From Nitrospira sp. (GTDB lineage: Bacteria; Nitrospirota; Nitrospiria; Nitrospirales; Nitrospiraceae), in the NCBI GenBank assembly GCA_047150005.1, contig AP038806.1:1-64000 (forward strand): 64,000 bases of DNA. The letters are read 5' to 3'. Positions 39,531 through 50,875 of this stretch are shown in pieces. Position 1 is the first letter of the stretch; each line of letters begins with the position of its first letter. A program made the position numbers and the translations under genes. The notes under the pieces were generated by a model. It ran no database searches, had not been told where the DNA came from, and was given only the letters and a program-made list of their open reading frames with translations.

Positions 39531-40679
39531 TGTATAACTCACGACTTCATCTGACAGACAGCGAGTCCTCACCGGGTTTAGGCCGCTAACATTTTCTCCT
39601 TGGCCAGTGGCACACTATCGAGAAACGTCTGCATCGGTGTCTTGCCATAGCACCAGCGCCCTTGGTGGGGGCGCTGCTCGTTGTACTCCTGGATCCACGC
39701 ATCCAAGTCAGCCTGGAGGTCCTCCAGCGTTCGATAGATCTTCTTGCGGAGCGCCACGCGGTAAAACTCGTTCAACATGGTCTTGTGGAACCGTTCACAG
39801 ATCCCGTTGGTCTGGGGATGCCGCGTCTTGGTGCGCGTATGATCGATGTTCTCCACGGCCAGATAGAGTTCGTACTCATGGCGCTCCGGAGTTCCACAGT
39901 ATTCCGTGCCGCGATCCGTGAGCACACGGTTCAGCGGAATGGCATGCTGCTCGAAGAACGGCAAGACCCGATCATTGAGCAATTCCGCGGCCGTCACCGG
40001 CGTCTTGCGGTCGTACAGCTTCGCAAATCCCACCTTGCTGTAGGTATCGATGAAGGTTTGCTGGTAGATGCGGCCGACGCCCTTCAAGGTGCCGACGTAG
40101 AACGTATCCTGCGCGCCGCAGTAGCCGGGACATTCGCTCTCAAATTCGCCGTGGGCCTCTTTGTCCGCCGTCGCCTTCTCCAGCGCCACGACTTGGGCCT
40201 CGGTAAGCACCAGTCCCGCTTGGGCTACCTTCGCTTCCAGTGCCTTTAAGCGTTTCCGCATCGTTGCGAGATCATGGCGGAGCCAGATACAGCGCACGCC
40301 CGCTGGGGAGATGGACAGCGCCTGCTTGCGCAGTTCATTCGCCACGCGGGCTTGTCCCCACGCGGGTTGCTCAATAGCGATCTGCACGATGGCCTGTTCC
40401 ACCTCGGGTGCCACCCGATTCTTGAGGAGCGGCTTCTGCCGCGAAATCTCTTGAAGCGCGGCCTCGCCGCCGGTCTCGTAGAGTTCCTTGAATCGATAGA
40501 AACTATCGCGGCTATACCCCATCAGCTGGCAGGCTTTGGAGACATTGCCGAGCTGCTTCGCCAGTTCCAGCACGCCGACTTTCGTCTTAATGATCTTTTG
40601 TTCCGTCGTCATGGTCCTCGCTCCTTTCGTGAAGAGGGAGGACTCTAGCTGACTGTCAGATTAAGTTCTAGCTTCCACA
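39531..40679 (-). mobile_element. IS481-family element (transposase 39578-40612) with 7-bp duplication AGTAAAG
   Basis: TGT..ACA ends; [24 protein letters not shown]; duplication at 39524-30 and 40680-86. Confidence 0.93.
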
Positions 40680-41043
40680 AGTAAAGAGACCTCTTTCGTG
40701 GCCAAAGCAAAGTGAGTGGGACCGTTTCGCGGCGCGGGCGGCAGACCTATCGTCTCCGCATCACCCTCTCCCCTCGTCGCCTGACTCAATGATTCCCTGA
40801 CCACGTCTTGGACCGCCCAATTTCCCAATTCACTTTCGTTGACATCCTCATCACAGGGACTTAGTCTCGGGCATCAACAATCCTGGTGCGTGGGGATGAC
40901 CTCTCACCTATTTCCAGCTGTTGAAATGTCCACGTACACCTGGCTCCGATATATTGTGCTCTTCATATCAAGCCTGCGCAGTTCTGCCTGGAATGTGACG
41001 CGGCCTTCTAGACGCATGTGATCATCTCAACCGGAGGTGTCCC

Positions 41044-44000
41044 ATGGCAGGGATCCAGCGTAGTTCTCCAGACTGGTCGATCAAGCGAGGCTTACCTTCT
41101 CCTCGAAAGGGCCGCCGGTCTGCAGAATCTGTCCCAAGTTTTCCACGTGAGTTTCTGACCGACCAATCAACCGTAGCCGAGGAATTCACCGCAGAGCCAC
41201 GCGCGGGCGCGCGACGGAGAGGTGCTGCCCCAGCCCCACTCGACTTTACCTACGAGATCGCAGATGGCGAATCGGTAGTTCTGGCCATCCGCCATCCTTC
41301 CGGCGCCCTCACATTTCATTTGCCGGTGGAATCCACCCGCCGCGGAACAGGGAAGGCGGGGCAGACAAGGTTCATCGTGGCTGTGCGTTCCACCGATGTG
41401 GAGACCGGACGGCGAGGCATTATCAGCAAAGCCGTGAAGGCAATTCTGATCAAAGTCGGCACGGTGGTCATAGACAAAGCTGTGAGCTTTGTCTTGCCCA
41501 AGCTCGCGGCGGCTTTTGAAAAGGCGGCATGGAACAGACGGAATCTGAAAGAGGGCTGGCTCGCAGTCACACGAGACTCGTTGGCCAAAGGGTCGCTCAA
41601 ATCGGGAACGCCGAACTCAACTGATCGAACCCTGTTGTTCATCCACGGAACGTTTTCCAACGCGGAGTCTGCGTTTGGTCCACTGGCATCGTCAACCTTC
41701 TTCGACCGCGTTGCGTCGCTATACGACGGCCGTATCTTCGCATTCAACCATTTCACCGTGAGCCGTACGCCGGAAGAGAACGCGCGCATGCTCCTCGACG
41801 GTCTGCCGGACAAGACGATTACGTTCGACGTCGTGACGCATTCGCGCGGTGGGCTCGTGTTGCGCAATCTGGTGGAGCGCGCATCCGTATTCGGTCCGCT
41901 TGCCGGACGTTTCAAGTTGGGACGCGCGGTGCTCGTGGCATCGCCAAACGATGGCACGCCGCTGGCAACGCCGGCTCGCTGGCAGGACACTGTGGGGTGG
42001 ATCGCGAATCTGTTGGAACTCTTCCCCGACAACCCATTTACGACAGGGGCGGAGTTCGTGGCCAACGGATTGGTGTGGCTGGCTCGACATGCCTCCGGTG
42101 ACTTGCCGGGGATTCACTCCATGGACAGCGCGGGCGATTTGATCGGAGAACTTCAAGGGCCGCCGGGACCGCCTCCCGAGGCGTATTCCGCGCTGGTCGC
42201 CAACTACAATCCGACCGGTGATGTCCTCAAGCGCTTGCTCGACACCGGAGTCGATCAGTTCTTCGGTTCAGCGAACGATCTCGTGGTTCCTTCCGAGGGA
42301 GGCTGGAGGGTCGATCATTCAGGCATGGCCTTTATTCCAGGCCAGCGTATCGGCTGCTTTGGACCCGGGGGAAATCTTGCGCCGGACTCGGTCACCCATG
42401 TCAATTTTTTCCAGCGTCAGGAAACGGTGGACTTTCTGGTCACGGCGCTCGAAGGCCAGCCGCAACCATTGACCTCCATGGATCCGTCAAGGGCATTACC
42501 GGACCGCCGCTTATTGCGTTCTGCCGGCCCAACGGCAGTGGGTGTTGCGGCAGCTCTTCCCGTCAAAGCTCCGGCAGTCGTCCCTGTCGCAGCCCCGCCG
42601 GGTAGCCCCCTGCGTGTCTTGTCGGATGGATCCGCCGTCGCGCCGTCCGATTCCTTTCATCTCGTGATCATGCCGCGATCGGACAGCGATGAGGAACGTT
42701 GCCAAATCCTTGCTCACTATGGATCGGCGCGCGTTTTGGAGGACTTCTATCTGCGGGGGACCACCGACAACGCCGGGATGCGGTGGAAACAGATCATCGA
42801 CCAGAACGAGAAGATCAGAGACTATATCGACCAGAACATCGGGCAGATGCCCACCGACAAAGCGCTACAGCATTTCGGAGAAATCTTGTTCAAAACTCTG
42901 TTCCCAGGGATGGTTCTCCGGCTCTACGATACGGCCCGCTCGCTCCAGCGTAGTGAAAGATTAAACGTGATTTTAACTTCCACTATTCCTTGGGTTGCGG
43001 ATAAACCCTGGGAGTTCTCCTACGATCCCGTTCGGAAAACCTCGCTGGCCACTGAAGAAATGCACTTTATCCGCAACGTGATCACGGCCATACCGGCTGA
43101 AATCATCGATGACCGACAGCGCTTGCGCATTCTCGTGGTGTCCGCGCAGCCCGTGGGCCTGGGAAAGCTTTCCATTGAAGAGGAAGAAGCTGTGATCCGC
43201 CGAGGCTTCGAACCCTTGCGTGAGGCTGGCCTGGCGGATATCGAAGTGCTGGCGCGGGCCACACCCGCCTCGTTACATGGCCACGTTTCTACGGGACATT
43301 TCTCGGTTGTGCATTTCATCGGCCATGGAGAATATGACAAGAGCGAAGAGAAAGGGTTCTTGGTCTTTCAGGACGAACAGGGAACGCCCTACCGGGTGGA
43401 CGATCGGTCCATACGCGAAATCTTCTGTGGTCGCGGGATCAGACTCGTATTCCTGAATGCGTGCGAGACGGGCCAAGGCGGGCGTGTCGATTTCAATCGT
43501 GGTGTCGCGCCGGCATTGGTCGCCGGTGGCGTACCGATTGTGATCGCGAACCAGTACAAGGTCTTGGATACCTCCGCGACGTTTTTTGCCCAGCATTTCT
43601 ACTGGTCACTGGCCCAGGGCATGGCTGTCGGGGAAGCGGCACGTGAGGCACGGATCGCGGTGAACTATTCGTTGTCCGGCGAATCCATCGATTGGGCTGT
43701 GCCTGTCGTGTACGCCCGGGATCCGAACAGCCGCCTGTGTCCGAAACGGCCCATCGTTCCCAGTGCGATGCCCTCGCCGGCCGTGCGCGCTTCTTGCCGT
43801 CGAAGCACAGCGCAGCACACAGTACGCATCGCTGTTTGGGACATACACTCCCAATTTCCGGCATTGCGCCCGACGCTCGAGCGAATTAATGCCGTTCAAA
43901 AGATCTACGGCTTTGAGATCGTCGACCTCTCGGTGCCCATGGACGCCTGGCACATGAAGGGGAAAGCGCGGTATCTGGACGCCGACCGATTTGCTGATCG

Positions 44001-44415
44001 CCTTGCTCCACAGATCTCTCAGCTCGGAGTGCAGTACATCAGCGCCATCGTCGACGAATGGATGGTCTGCGGCTTGAAGACCGGAAAGCCGATTTACAAT
44101 ATCTATGGGTGGTGGCCGGACAAAGGCAAGCCCCCGGTTCTGATCTTCTCCTCAAAGGGCCTAGGCTTGGAGCCCACCGGACCGGCCACCGATAGAGCCA
44201 TCGCCAACGGCGCGGTCAGCGGAATCGCAGGTTACATGCTGGATGAAGAATCACACGAGAAAGGACCTGTCGAATGTCCTAATTTCTTCAATCCACGACG
44301 CAAGCTCACCTTGCTGACGGGCCGTCAGAAGTTCTGCAAACCCTGTTTGGACAAACTGAGAGCATATCCGAAGGAACTGAAGGCATTGAACGCGATCCTA
44401 GGCGCCTTCGACTAG
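41044..44415 (+). CDS. Alpha/beta hydrolase (lipase-like) + CHAT (caspase-like) fusion with a Cys-containing C-terminal domain
   Basis: FIHGTFS, THSRGG, NDLVVP, THVNFF; CHAT HFIGHG and FLNACET. Confidence 0.85.
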   Translation: MAGIQRSSPDWSIKRGLPSPRKGRRSAESVPSFPREFLTDQSTVAEEFTAEPRAGARRRGAAPAPLDFTYEIADGESVVLAIRHPSGALTFHLPVESTRRGTGKAGQTRFIVAVRSTDVETGRRGIISKAVKAILIKVGTVVIDKAVSFVLPKLAAAFEKAAWNRRNLKEGWLAVTRDSLAKGSLKSGTPNSTDRTLLFIHGTFSNAESAFGPLASSTFFDRVASLYDGRIFAFNHFTVSRTPEENARMLLDGLPDKTITFDVVTHSRGGLVLRNLVERASVFGPLAGRFKLGRAVLVASPNDGTPLATPARWQDTVGWIANLLELFPDNPFTTGAEFVANGLVWLARHASGDLPGIHSMDSAGDLIGELQGPPGPPPEAYSALVANYNPTGDVLKRLLDTGVDQFFGSANDLVVPSEGGWRVDHSGMAFIPGQRIGCFGPGGNLAPDSVTHVNFFQRQETVDFLVTALEGQPQPLTSMDPSRALPDRRLLRSAGPTAVGVAAALPVKAPAVVPVAAPPGSPLRVLSDGSAVAPSDSFHLVIMPRSDSDEERCQILAHYGSARVLEDFYLRGTTDNAGMRWKQIIDQNEKIRDYIDQNIGQMPTDKALQHFGEILFKTLFPGMVLRLYDTARSLQRSERLNVILTSTIPWVADKPWEFSYDPVRKTSLATEEMHFIRNVITAIPAEIIDDRQRLRILVVSAQPVGLGKLSIEEEEAVIRRGFEPLREAGLADIEVLARATPASLHGHVSTGHFSVVHFIGHGEYDKSEEKGFLVFQDEQGTPYRVDDRSIREIFCGRGIRLVFLNACETGQGGRVDFNRGVAPALVAGGVPIVIANQYKVLDTSATFFAQHFYWSLAQGMAVGEAAREARIAVNYSLSGESIDWAVPVVYARDPNSRLCPKRPIVPSAMPSPAVRASCRRSTAQHTVRIAVWDIHSQFPALRPTLERINAVQKIYGFEIVDLSVPMDAWHMKGKARYLDADRFADRLAPQISQLGVQYISAIVDEWMVCGLKTGKPIYNIYGWWPDKGKPPVLIFSSKGLGLEPTGPATDRAIANGAVSGIAGYMLDEESHEKGPVECPNFFNPRRKLTLLTGRQKFCKPCLDKLRAYPKELKALNAILGAFD

Positions 44416-44532
44416 AATTCATTCGCGAAATGACAGACTCTCTTTTCGGGTAGTCAACGACGTATTGCGATCGCGCCGGTGTTGTCCCCCTTATCCCTTT
44501 TCGATGCAACGGAACGTGTGAAGTCGTTCGAG

Positions 44533-45090
44533 TTATCCCAACACCCAGATGGCAACTCCAGACATCTCCCGTAACAAGCGATCGACGATCCTGTTACCGA
44601 GGAACCGCCTGGTGCCTGCAGTCCCATGACGAGTGACCACAATGGTGCCATACCCTCCGGACTTGCCCTCATCCATAATGGTGTCTGCAATATCACGTTC
44701 ATGGCCGAACTTGAGCGTCACGCGATCAAGAGGAAACCCCGCCTGTCCGAGCGGTCCCAGCGCTTTCAGGAGGATGGGATATTCGATGGCTGACTCTGTC
44801 CGCACCCACTCCTCCTGATCTTTGCGTAACTGCGCTTCGAGACGGTCCTCAATCTTCGGATCCTCGGAGCCGCCGTGCTCCATCAATTCACGAGGCATGG
44901 GCTTCAACACATGAAACAGAGTCACGCTTACGTCGTGCGTGTCGCGCAGCATCGATCCCACGTATGTCGCGGCCTGAATGGACTGATCCGAGTCTTCCAC
45001 GACGACAAGAATTTTCTTCGGAATCACGCTGGTTGCGGAGACCTGTTCGCCTATGGAAGTAGATGTGGTTGATTTCGATATCGTGGCCAT
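44533..45090 (-). CDS. Universal stress protein
   Basis: KILVVVEDS, VTLFHV, TIVVTRHG..FLGN..VWVL-like end. Confidence 0.8.
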   Translation of the reverse strand: MATISKSTTSTSIGEQVSATSVIPKKILVVVEDSDQSIQAATYVGSMLRDTHDVSVTLFHVLKPMPRELMEHGGSEDPKIEDRLEAQLRKDQEEWVRTESAIEYPILLKALGPLGQAGFPLDRVTLKFGHERDIADTIMDEGKSGGYGTIVVTRHGTAGTRRFLGNRIVDRLLREMSGVAIWVLG

Positions 45091-45427
45091 ACTTCACCCT
45101 CAAAAAGAGGAAATGGCACGAGACAACAGGCGGTGAATGATATCGCTCAGAAGCCCGCCGTCACATCGACGGGCCACTCTGGCGCGGTGGACTCAGGTCT
45201 TCCATAGCACCCCTTCTGGTCAAACACTGTGCGCTCGACCGAACATGGCACGGCACTAAGCCTATTCCCGAGGGGGGAAATAAGTCAACGATCTGGAACG
45301 GACCAAAGGATCCAGGCAAAGATGATCCACGAGAGCCTACCCTTGTTTAGGACAGAGGGACAAAAAACTAGGATCCTCTCCTAGACGCGGTGTCATACCT
45401 ATTCTAAAATCGGGTTCGCTGAAACAG

Positions 45428-48022
45428 TTGGAAAGCGGTGCCCCTACGATGAGAGGGCTCGCATTGGCTGGTGATGGCTCGGCGGTCCATGTCTCCAACT
45501 ATCAGGTTTGGCGCGAGCAATTCATCGCGCAGCGTCTTCGTGTCCTCTATCTTGTCGGCTTGATCGTCAATCCGATCTTCGGTGCCCTCGATGCGCTTGC
45601 CTATCCAGAACACCTCCGTGAGCTGCTCCTGTTGCGTGGAGTTCTCGAATTCGGCTTGTGTATCGGATTCATTGCGCTTCGATTTCAACTTGCCTTAGTG
45701 AAGCCGGAAGTCCTGCTCGCGTTGTGGATCCTCATCCCCAACATCTGTATCGCACACATGTTTCTCGTGCTTTCCGAATTCAACTCGACGTACTACAACG
45801 GCTTAGCGTTGGTCATGTTGACAGCCGCGGTCATTGTCCCGGTTTCGTGGATGAGCCATCTCGTCGCGCAAATTGGCACGTTGCTGTATTTCTATGGCGC
45901 ACTTATGGTGCATGGCTTGACGGTCATGCACCCGCGGCTTCTGGCAGAAAGCATCTTCTTCCTGGTCTTCTTCTGCGTGGCATTCCAGATTTCATTACAC
46001 CTGTATGAGCGACTACAGAAGCGTGAATTTCTGGCCAAACGAGAACTAGAAGCTTCAAACGATAAATTGCAGGCTCTTGATCGGCTCAAAAGCGAATTCT
46101 TCGCGAATATCAGCCACGAGTTACGAACCCCGCTTACCGTGAGTCTTGGGGCTTTTAAGCAAGCCTTGAAATCGTCTCTGGCTCCTTCGCTGCAGTCCGT
46201 ACTCGAATCAGGGCTCCGCAATACAGCGCGACTGCTTTTCCTCATTAATGAACTCTTGGAGCTGTCAAAGTTTGAGAGTGGCCACACTGAGATCAAAAGA
46301 GTCTGCATTGACTTCCGAATGTTAGTGACAAATGTCGCATCAAACTTTGAGTCTTCAGAGCGTCAACGCATCTTTATCGAAGCACCTTCGGAGCCTCTTC
46401 CTCTCGCGGTGGATGTGCGACGAATGGTGAAGGTTATGTATAACCTTCTGGCGAATGCATTCAAGTTTAGTGATCCGCAATTGGGTAACGTCTGGATTCG
46501 GATCACGTCGCAGGAGCATCAAGTCATTCTCGAAATTGAGGATAACGGGATCGGGATTTCCGAAGACCACATTGATCAGATATTCGGTCGATTTTATCAG
46601 GTCGAAGGCCACCTCAGCAGGCGATATGAAGGTAGCGGTATTGGACTGGCATTAGCGAAAGAAATAGTGGTCCTTCACGGCGGAAGCATTGCGGTACGAA
46701 GTGCGGTCGGCAAGGGATCAACCTTCACGGTGACATTACCGCGGGGCCAAGAGCATCAGGGCCAGATGGTCGCAATTGAAGGCGAGGACATCGGCGACAT
46801 TCCTATCAATATACCGGACGGAACCACTCGTCACGCAGTCCCGGCATCCGATCACGATTCTCATGATGGCTCCACTGTCCTCGTCGTCGACGACAATGCC
46901 GACATGCGAGCATATTTGACGCGCTTACTCTCGGATACGTATCACGTGATCGTGGCCTGCAACGGCGCCGACGCGCTGGAAAAGGTCCGTGCTCAGGTGC
47001 CGGACCTTGTCGTGGCCGACATGATGATGCCCCTCATGAGCGGATATGATTTGTTGAAGGCCATTCGTGCGACGGAAGGGCTGAAGACCCTCCCATTTAT
47101 TATGCTCACCGCCCGAGCAGGGACTGAGGCTCGTGTGGAGACTTACGAAGCCGGGGCCGACGATTACGTGACTAAGCCCTTCGGCGAAGAGGAACTGTTG
47201 GCTCGCATCTCCAATCAGTTGCGCCTCCACCGCCAAGAACGCGAGTTGGAGCTGCAGACCGCTGAGTTACGCCAACTTGCTTCGCAGCTTGAGCGAGCCA
47301 ACGCGGAACTTCGTGAACTGAGTCAAAGGAAATCCGAGTTCGTCGGGATTGTGTCCCATGACCTCCGAACGCCGCTGACGGCGATGATTACGTTACTGGA
47401 TAACCTGCTGGAAGGATTAGCCGGCTCCCTGAATGAAAAACAGAAGCAGTACCTTCTCCGGATCAACAATAATGGGTGGCGCCTGATCCGAATGATCAAT
47501 GATCTGTTAGACATTGCCAAGATCGAGTCTGGAGCCATTAACTTTGACCCCAAAGCGTTGGACCTCGCTGCCTTCCTTGAAAACCTCGTCGATGGGCTCC
47601 GGTCGGTCACACAGGAAAAAGGAGTACGCTTGCAAGCGCTGTTGAATGGCCCAGCGTGGTCCAAAGCCGACTCGGACAAACTTCATCAGGTATTCACCAA
47701 TCTCATCGATAATGCCGCCAAGTTTACCAAGGCGGGAGGGGAAGTTCGGGTGGAGTTGAACACGGACGGGAAAGATTTCGTTCGGATTTGCGTCTCAGAC
47801 ACGGGATGTGGAATCTCGCCGGAGGATTTGCCCCACGTGTTTGAAAAATTTTACCGAGGTCGGGATCGCCACAGTGCCAGAGGGGCTGGGTTAGGCCTCG
47901 CGATTGTGAAGCATTATGTCGAATTACACGGCGGCCGGATCTGGGTCGAAAGCGCGCCCCAGGAGGGAAGTCGCTTCTATGTGGAAATCCCACGTATCGC
48001 ACCCGCGGTACAGGATTCATGA
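45428..48022 (+). CDS. Membrane hybrid sensor kinase with two transmitter modules (HisKA-HATPase-REC-HisKA-HATPase)
   Basis: SHELRTPL, GSGIGL, VVDDN..DMMMP..KPF, SHDLRTPL, GAGLGL. Confidence 0.9.
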   Translation: MESGAPTMRGLALAGDGSAVHVSNYQVWREQFIAQRLRVLYLVGLIVNPIFGALDALAYPEHLRELLLLRGVLEFGLCIGFIALRFQLALVKPEVLLALWILIPNICIAHMFLVLSEFNSTYYNGLALVMLTAAVIVPVSWMSHLVAQIGTLLYFYGALMVHGLTVMHPRLLAESIFFLVFFCVAFQISLHLYERLQKREFLAKRELEASNDKLQALDRLKSEFFANISHELRTPLTVSLGAFKQALKSSLAPSLQSVLESGLRNTARLLFLINELLELSKFESGHTEIKRVCIDFRMLVTNVASNFESSERQRIFIEAPSEPLPLAVDVRRMVKVMYNLLANAFKFSDPQLGNVWIRITSQEHQVILEIEDNGIGISEDHIDQIFGRFYQVEGHLSRRYEGSGIGLALAKEIVVLHGGSIAVRSAVGKGSTFTVTLPRGQEHQGQMVAIEGEDIGDIPINIPDGTTRHAVPASDHDSHDGSTVLVVDDNADMRAYLTRLLSDTYHVIVACNGADALEKVRAQVPDLVVADMMMPLMSGYDLLKAIRATEGLKTLPFIMLTARAGTEARVETYEAGADDYVTKPFGEEELLARISNQLRLHRQERELELQTAELRQLASQLERANAELRELSQRKSEFVGIVSHDLRTPLTAMITLLDNLLEGLAGSLNEKQKQYLLRINNNGWRLIRMINDLLDIAKIESGAINFDPKALDLAAFLENLVDGLRSVTQEKGVRLQALLNGPAWSKADSDKLHQVFTNLIDNAAKFTKAGGEVRVELNTDGKDFVRICVSDTGCGISPEDLPHVFEKFYRGRDRHSARGAGLGLAIVKHYVELHGGRIWVESAPQEGSRFYVEIPRIAPAVQDS

Positions 48023-48134
48023 CGTGATCGTGTGACGGGACAGAGCTTTCTAAGCTCATTGCATGCCGCTGGACCTATCCGCTTCGAAAAAGTACACTAG
48101 CCTCTAGGCGAGGCCGGCCAGGAGGAACCGGTCC

Positions 48135-49202
48135 GTGAAGCATCAGCGCATCATCGTCAGTCACTACGGTGGCCCGGAGGAACTTCGGCTGGTTGAAGAA
48201 GAGCGCCCCGAGCCGAAGTGTGGTGAAGTGCGGGTGAAAGTGCAGGCCGCCGGTGTTTCCTTGCCCGACATCATGATGCGCGAGGGCATTCACCCCGAGA
48301 CTCCCCGCCTGCCTTTCACGCTGGGATGGGATCTGGTTGGTGTGGTAGATCGGCTCGGTAACGGTGTCTCTGGAGTCGAAACAGGCCAGACCGTTGCCGC
48401 GCTCCCGATCTTCGGTGGGTATGCAGAGTTTGTATGCCTGCCCCAACGTGAACTGGTTCCAGTGCCCACCGGGTTGGATAACACAGAGGCTGTCAGCCTC
48501 ATCCTGAACTACGTAACCGCTTACCAGATGCTGCATCGCTCCGCGAAGGTCGCACCAGGTCAGCGCGTGCTGATTCACGGCGCGGCAGGCGGAGTGGGCT
48601 CGGCGCTCTTGCAGCTCGGGCGCCTCGTCGGACTGGAGATGTACGGGACCTGTTCATCGCGAGGGGCATCGACCGTCTCTGATCTCAGCGGTATCCCGAT
48701 TGATTATCACCATCAGGACTTCGTGAAAGAAATTCACCGCCTCACGGGTGACGGTGTCGACGTCGTGTTTGAGAGCATCGGTGGTACCCACATCTGGCGT
48801 TCCCGAGAGGCTCTGCGTTCCGGCGGGACAGTCGTGGCGTATGGCCTGACCGGTTCGCTCCGTGAGGGCCGCCTGGCTTCCGGTCGTTCAGGTACTCGCC
48901 ATCGGTTTCGTGCGATCGCCATCTTCGGGTTGTACATAGCCGCCGGCTGGCTTCTTCCCGGCCGGAAACGGGTGGTTCCTTACAGCATTCAGTGGTTCAA
49001 ACGGCTACGACCGGCATGGTTTCGACAGGACTTGATTGCGTTGCTCGACCTCCTTCAACAGCACAAGATCAAGCCGCTGGTCGCGCAGCAATTTCCTCTT
49101 GCAGAGGCCAGACAGGCGCACGAGTTGTTGGGAAAGGGAGGCGTGATCGGCAAGCTCGTGCTCGTGCCGAACGGATCTACGCTTGTATCATCAGCGGCTT
49201 AA
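48135..49202 (+). CDS. MDR-family NAD(P)-dependent oxidoreductase
   Basis: YGGPEEL, LGWDLVG, HGAAGGVG, GKLVL. Confidence 0.88.
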   Translation: MKHQRIIVSHYGGPEELRLVEEERPEPKCGEVRVKVQAAGVSLPDIMMREGIHPETPRLPFTLGWDLVGVVDRLGNGVSGVETGQTVAALPIFGGYAEFVCLPQRELVPVPTGLDNTEAVSLILNYVTAYQMLHRSAKVAPGQRVLIHGAAGGVGSALLQLGRLVGLEMYGTCSSRGASTVSDLSGIPIDYHHQDFVKEIHRLTGDGVDVVFESIGGTHIWRSREALRSGGTVVAYGLTGSLREGRLASGRSGTRHRFRAIAIFGLYIAAGWLLPGRKRVVPYSIQWFKRLRPAWFRQDLIALLDLLQQHKIKPLVAQQFPLAEARQAHELLGKGGVIGKLVLVPNGSTLVSSAA

Positions 49203-49439
49203 GAACACGCGTTTTGCAGAACACGTTGTGTAGAATTCGCCTCTCCCCCCTGGATTGCAGATGATCAGCGAAACGGCAGAAAGGCACTGCTCGCAGCCGG
49301 CGACATGTTCGGACCAGGGTGCACGACACAAAGGAGTCTCCTGGTGGCGTGTACCCTGAAACGCCGGTTAGGCAAAACCTTTCAACTTTACCTATTGCGA
49401 GTCAGGTTAGCGGATCGCACCGCGAACGGATACGCAATC

Positions 49440-49865
49440 AGTCTCAGAAAGAGTACCGTTGCGAGCGTGCCTCGGCCATCGGCCACCAACGCGTATGCAT
49501 ATCCCTTCGGAGCCAACTTATCATCGAGCAGCAACGCCACACACTCACCGATATCTGTCTCGAAATTAATTCCTACAGCAAGAGTTCTTGCCCGTCTCGG
49601 TCCACTCGCGACAATGTCGGCATCGGTTTCCGTCAAGCAACTCCCGAATCGGAGGTGGACTCCGCTCTCTACCGCTTGGCGCTTCAGGGACGTATCCAGT
49701 GTCTCCTTTGTGGAACCTCTCTGCACCAGATAGGCGATGGGTTCGACAGAACTCACCTGAGTGGAGCTTCGCGGTCCATAAGACGACACCTTATGGATAG
49801 GCCGGCAATAGAAATCGGGCTTGATGCCTATTGGGCCGAGGGCTGTGAGGAGATCACGATGTTGT
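49440..49865 (-). pseudogene. Internal fragment of a geranylgeranyl-reductase-like FAD oxidoreductase
   Basis: YLVQRG..TLD..L..QA..GV, DIVASGP, APKGYAY; N-terminal GxGxxG not found. Confidence 0.5.
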
Positions 49866-50303
49866 CGTGAGCCCTTGGCAGACGTCGTGCCCGCAAGCTG
49901 AAGGCGCGTATTTTTCTGAATACACCCCTACAGAGGGCCGAAACGCCATCCATTCAAGTTTCAAGAACTTGCGAACCAATTCATCGAGGGATGAACGGCA
50001 TGAGGTTTGCTATTCTAGTTTTTTTCACTACAGAACTGATTTGCCAAACGGTGCGGCATGGACAGATCTGTGGGGCTACAACTCTTCGACAACCCGCTCG
50101 CTGTCGCATAAGCCGTCGCTCAGCCACGCTCGGTGCGGCCCACTTGCCCCACAATTGTCCACTCGCGTTGGGATACGGCCAAGAGGTTCGTTCCAATCAT
50201 CGGCGTCCCCGTGAGGCCAACCTGTTGAACGGATGAATATGCGAGAGAACGCCCGCGTGAGTCAGTCGAGTCTTTCCTTCTACTTTCAACCTCGGAGGAT
50301 TCT

Positions 50304-50729
50304 ATGAAATGTCCTGACTGTATGATGGACAACGCGAAGGAAGCGAGATTCTGTAGGTATTGCAACCTGCATTTTGCGACACGCACCCGGTCCAAGCCAT
50401 CCGGTGCCGGCTCTGTCGGAAATTACTTCGGGTTCAGGCAGATGGTCACGCCATTTTGGATCCAAATCACCTATGTTCTTGGTATCACCATCATTGTGAT
50501 CGTGGCGGCGGTGGCCATCGCCTTTCCGCACCTTTTTGCCACTGCCTCCGTCGAAGACCTGTGGGTTCGGGTGGGCGGGGTTCTCCTCCTGCTGATGGGG
50601 AATCTGATTTGGCGTGTGCTGTGTGAGGGGGCGATTGTCGTCTTTCGGATGTATTCGCTCCTAATGAGCCTGGACGATCGGGCCCGCTGGATCGGTGAAA
50701 TGGAGGCGGTGCAACAGTATCGGAGATGA
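50304..50729 (+). CDS. Zinc-ribbon + DUF4282-like membrane protein
   Basis: CPDC..FCRYC; F..MVTP..IQITY..WRVLCE..IVVFR. Confidence 0.7.
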   Translation: MKCPDCMMDNAKEARFCRYCNLHFATRTRSKPSGAGSVGNYFGFRQMVTPFWIQITYVLGITIIVIVAAVAIAFPHLFATASVEDLWVRVGGVLLLLMGNLIWRVLCEGAIVVFRMYSLLMSLDDRARWIGEMEAVQQYRR

Positions 50730-50875
50730 AGACACGTAGTCTACACCGCCGCTCGTACGACTTGTCTGGACTGGTGTGGCCGCTGCCGAGTCCATCATCG
50801 TTCCTTAGAGTAATTGACTTCTCTAATCCTTCGGCGTAGGAAGTGGCCGTCTTCTCCCTCCATTCTGGTTGAGGC

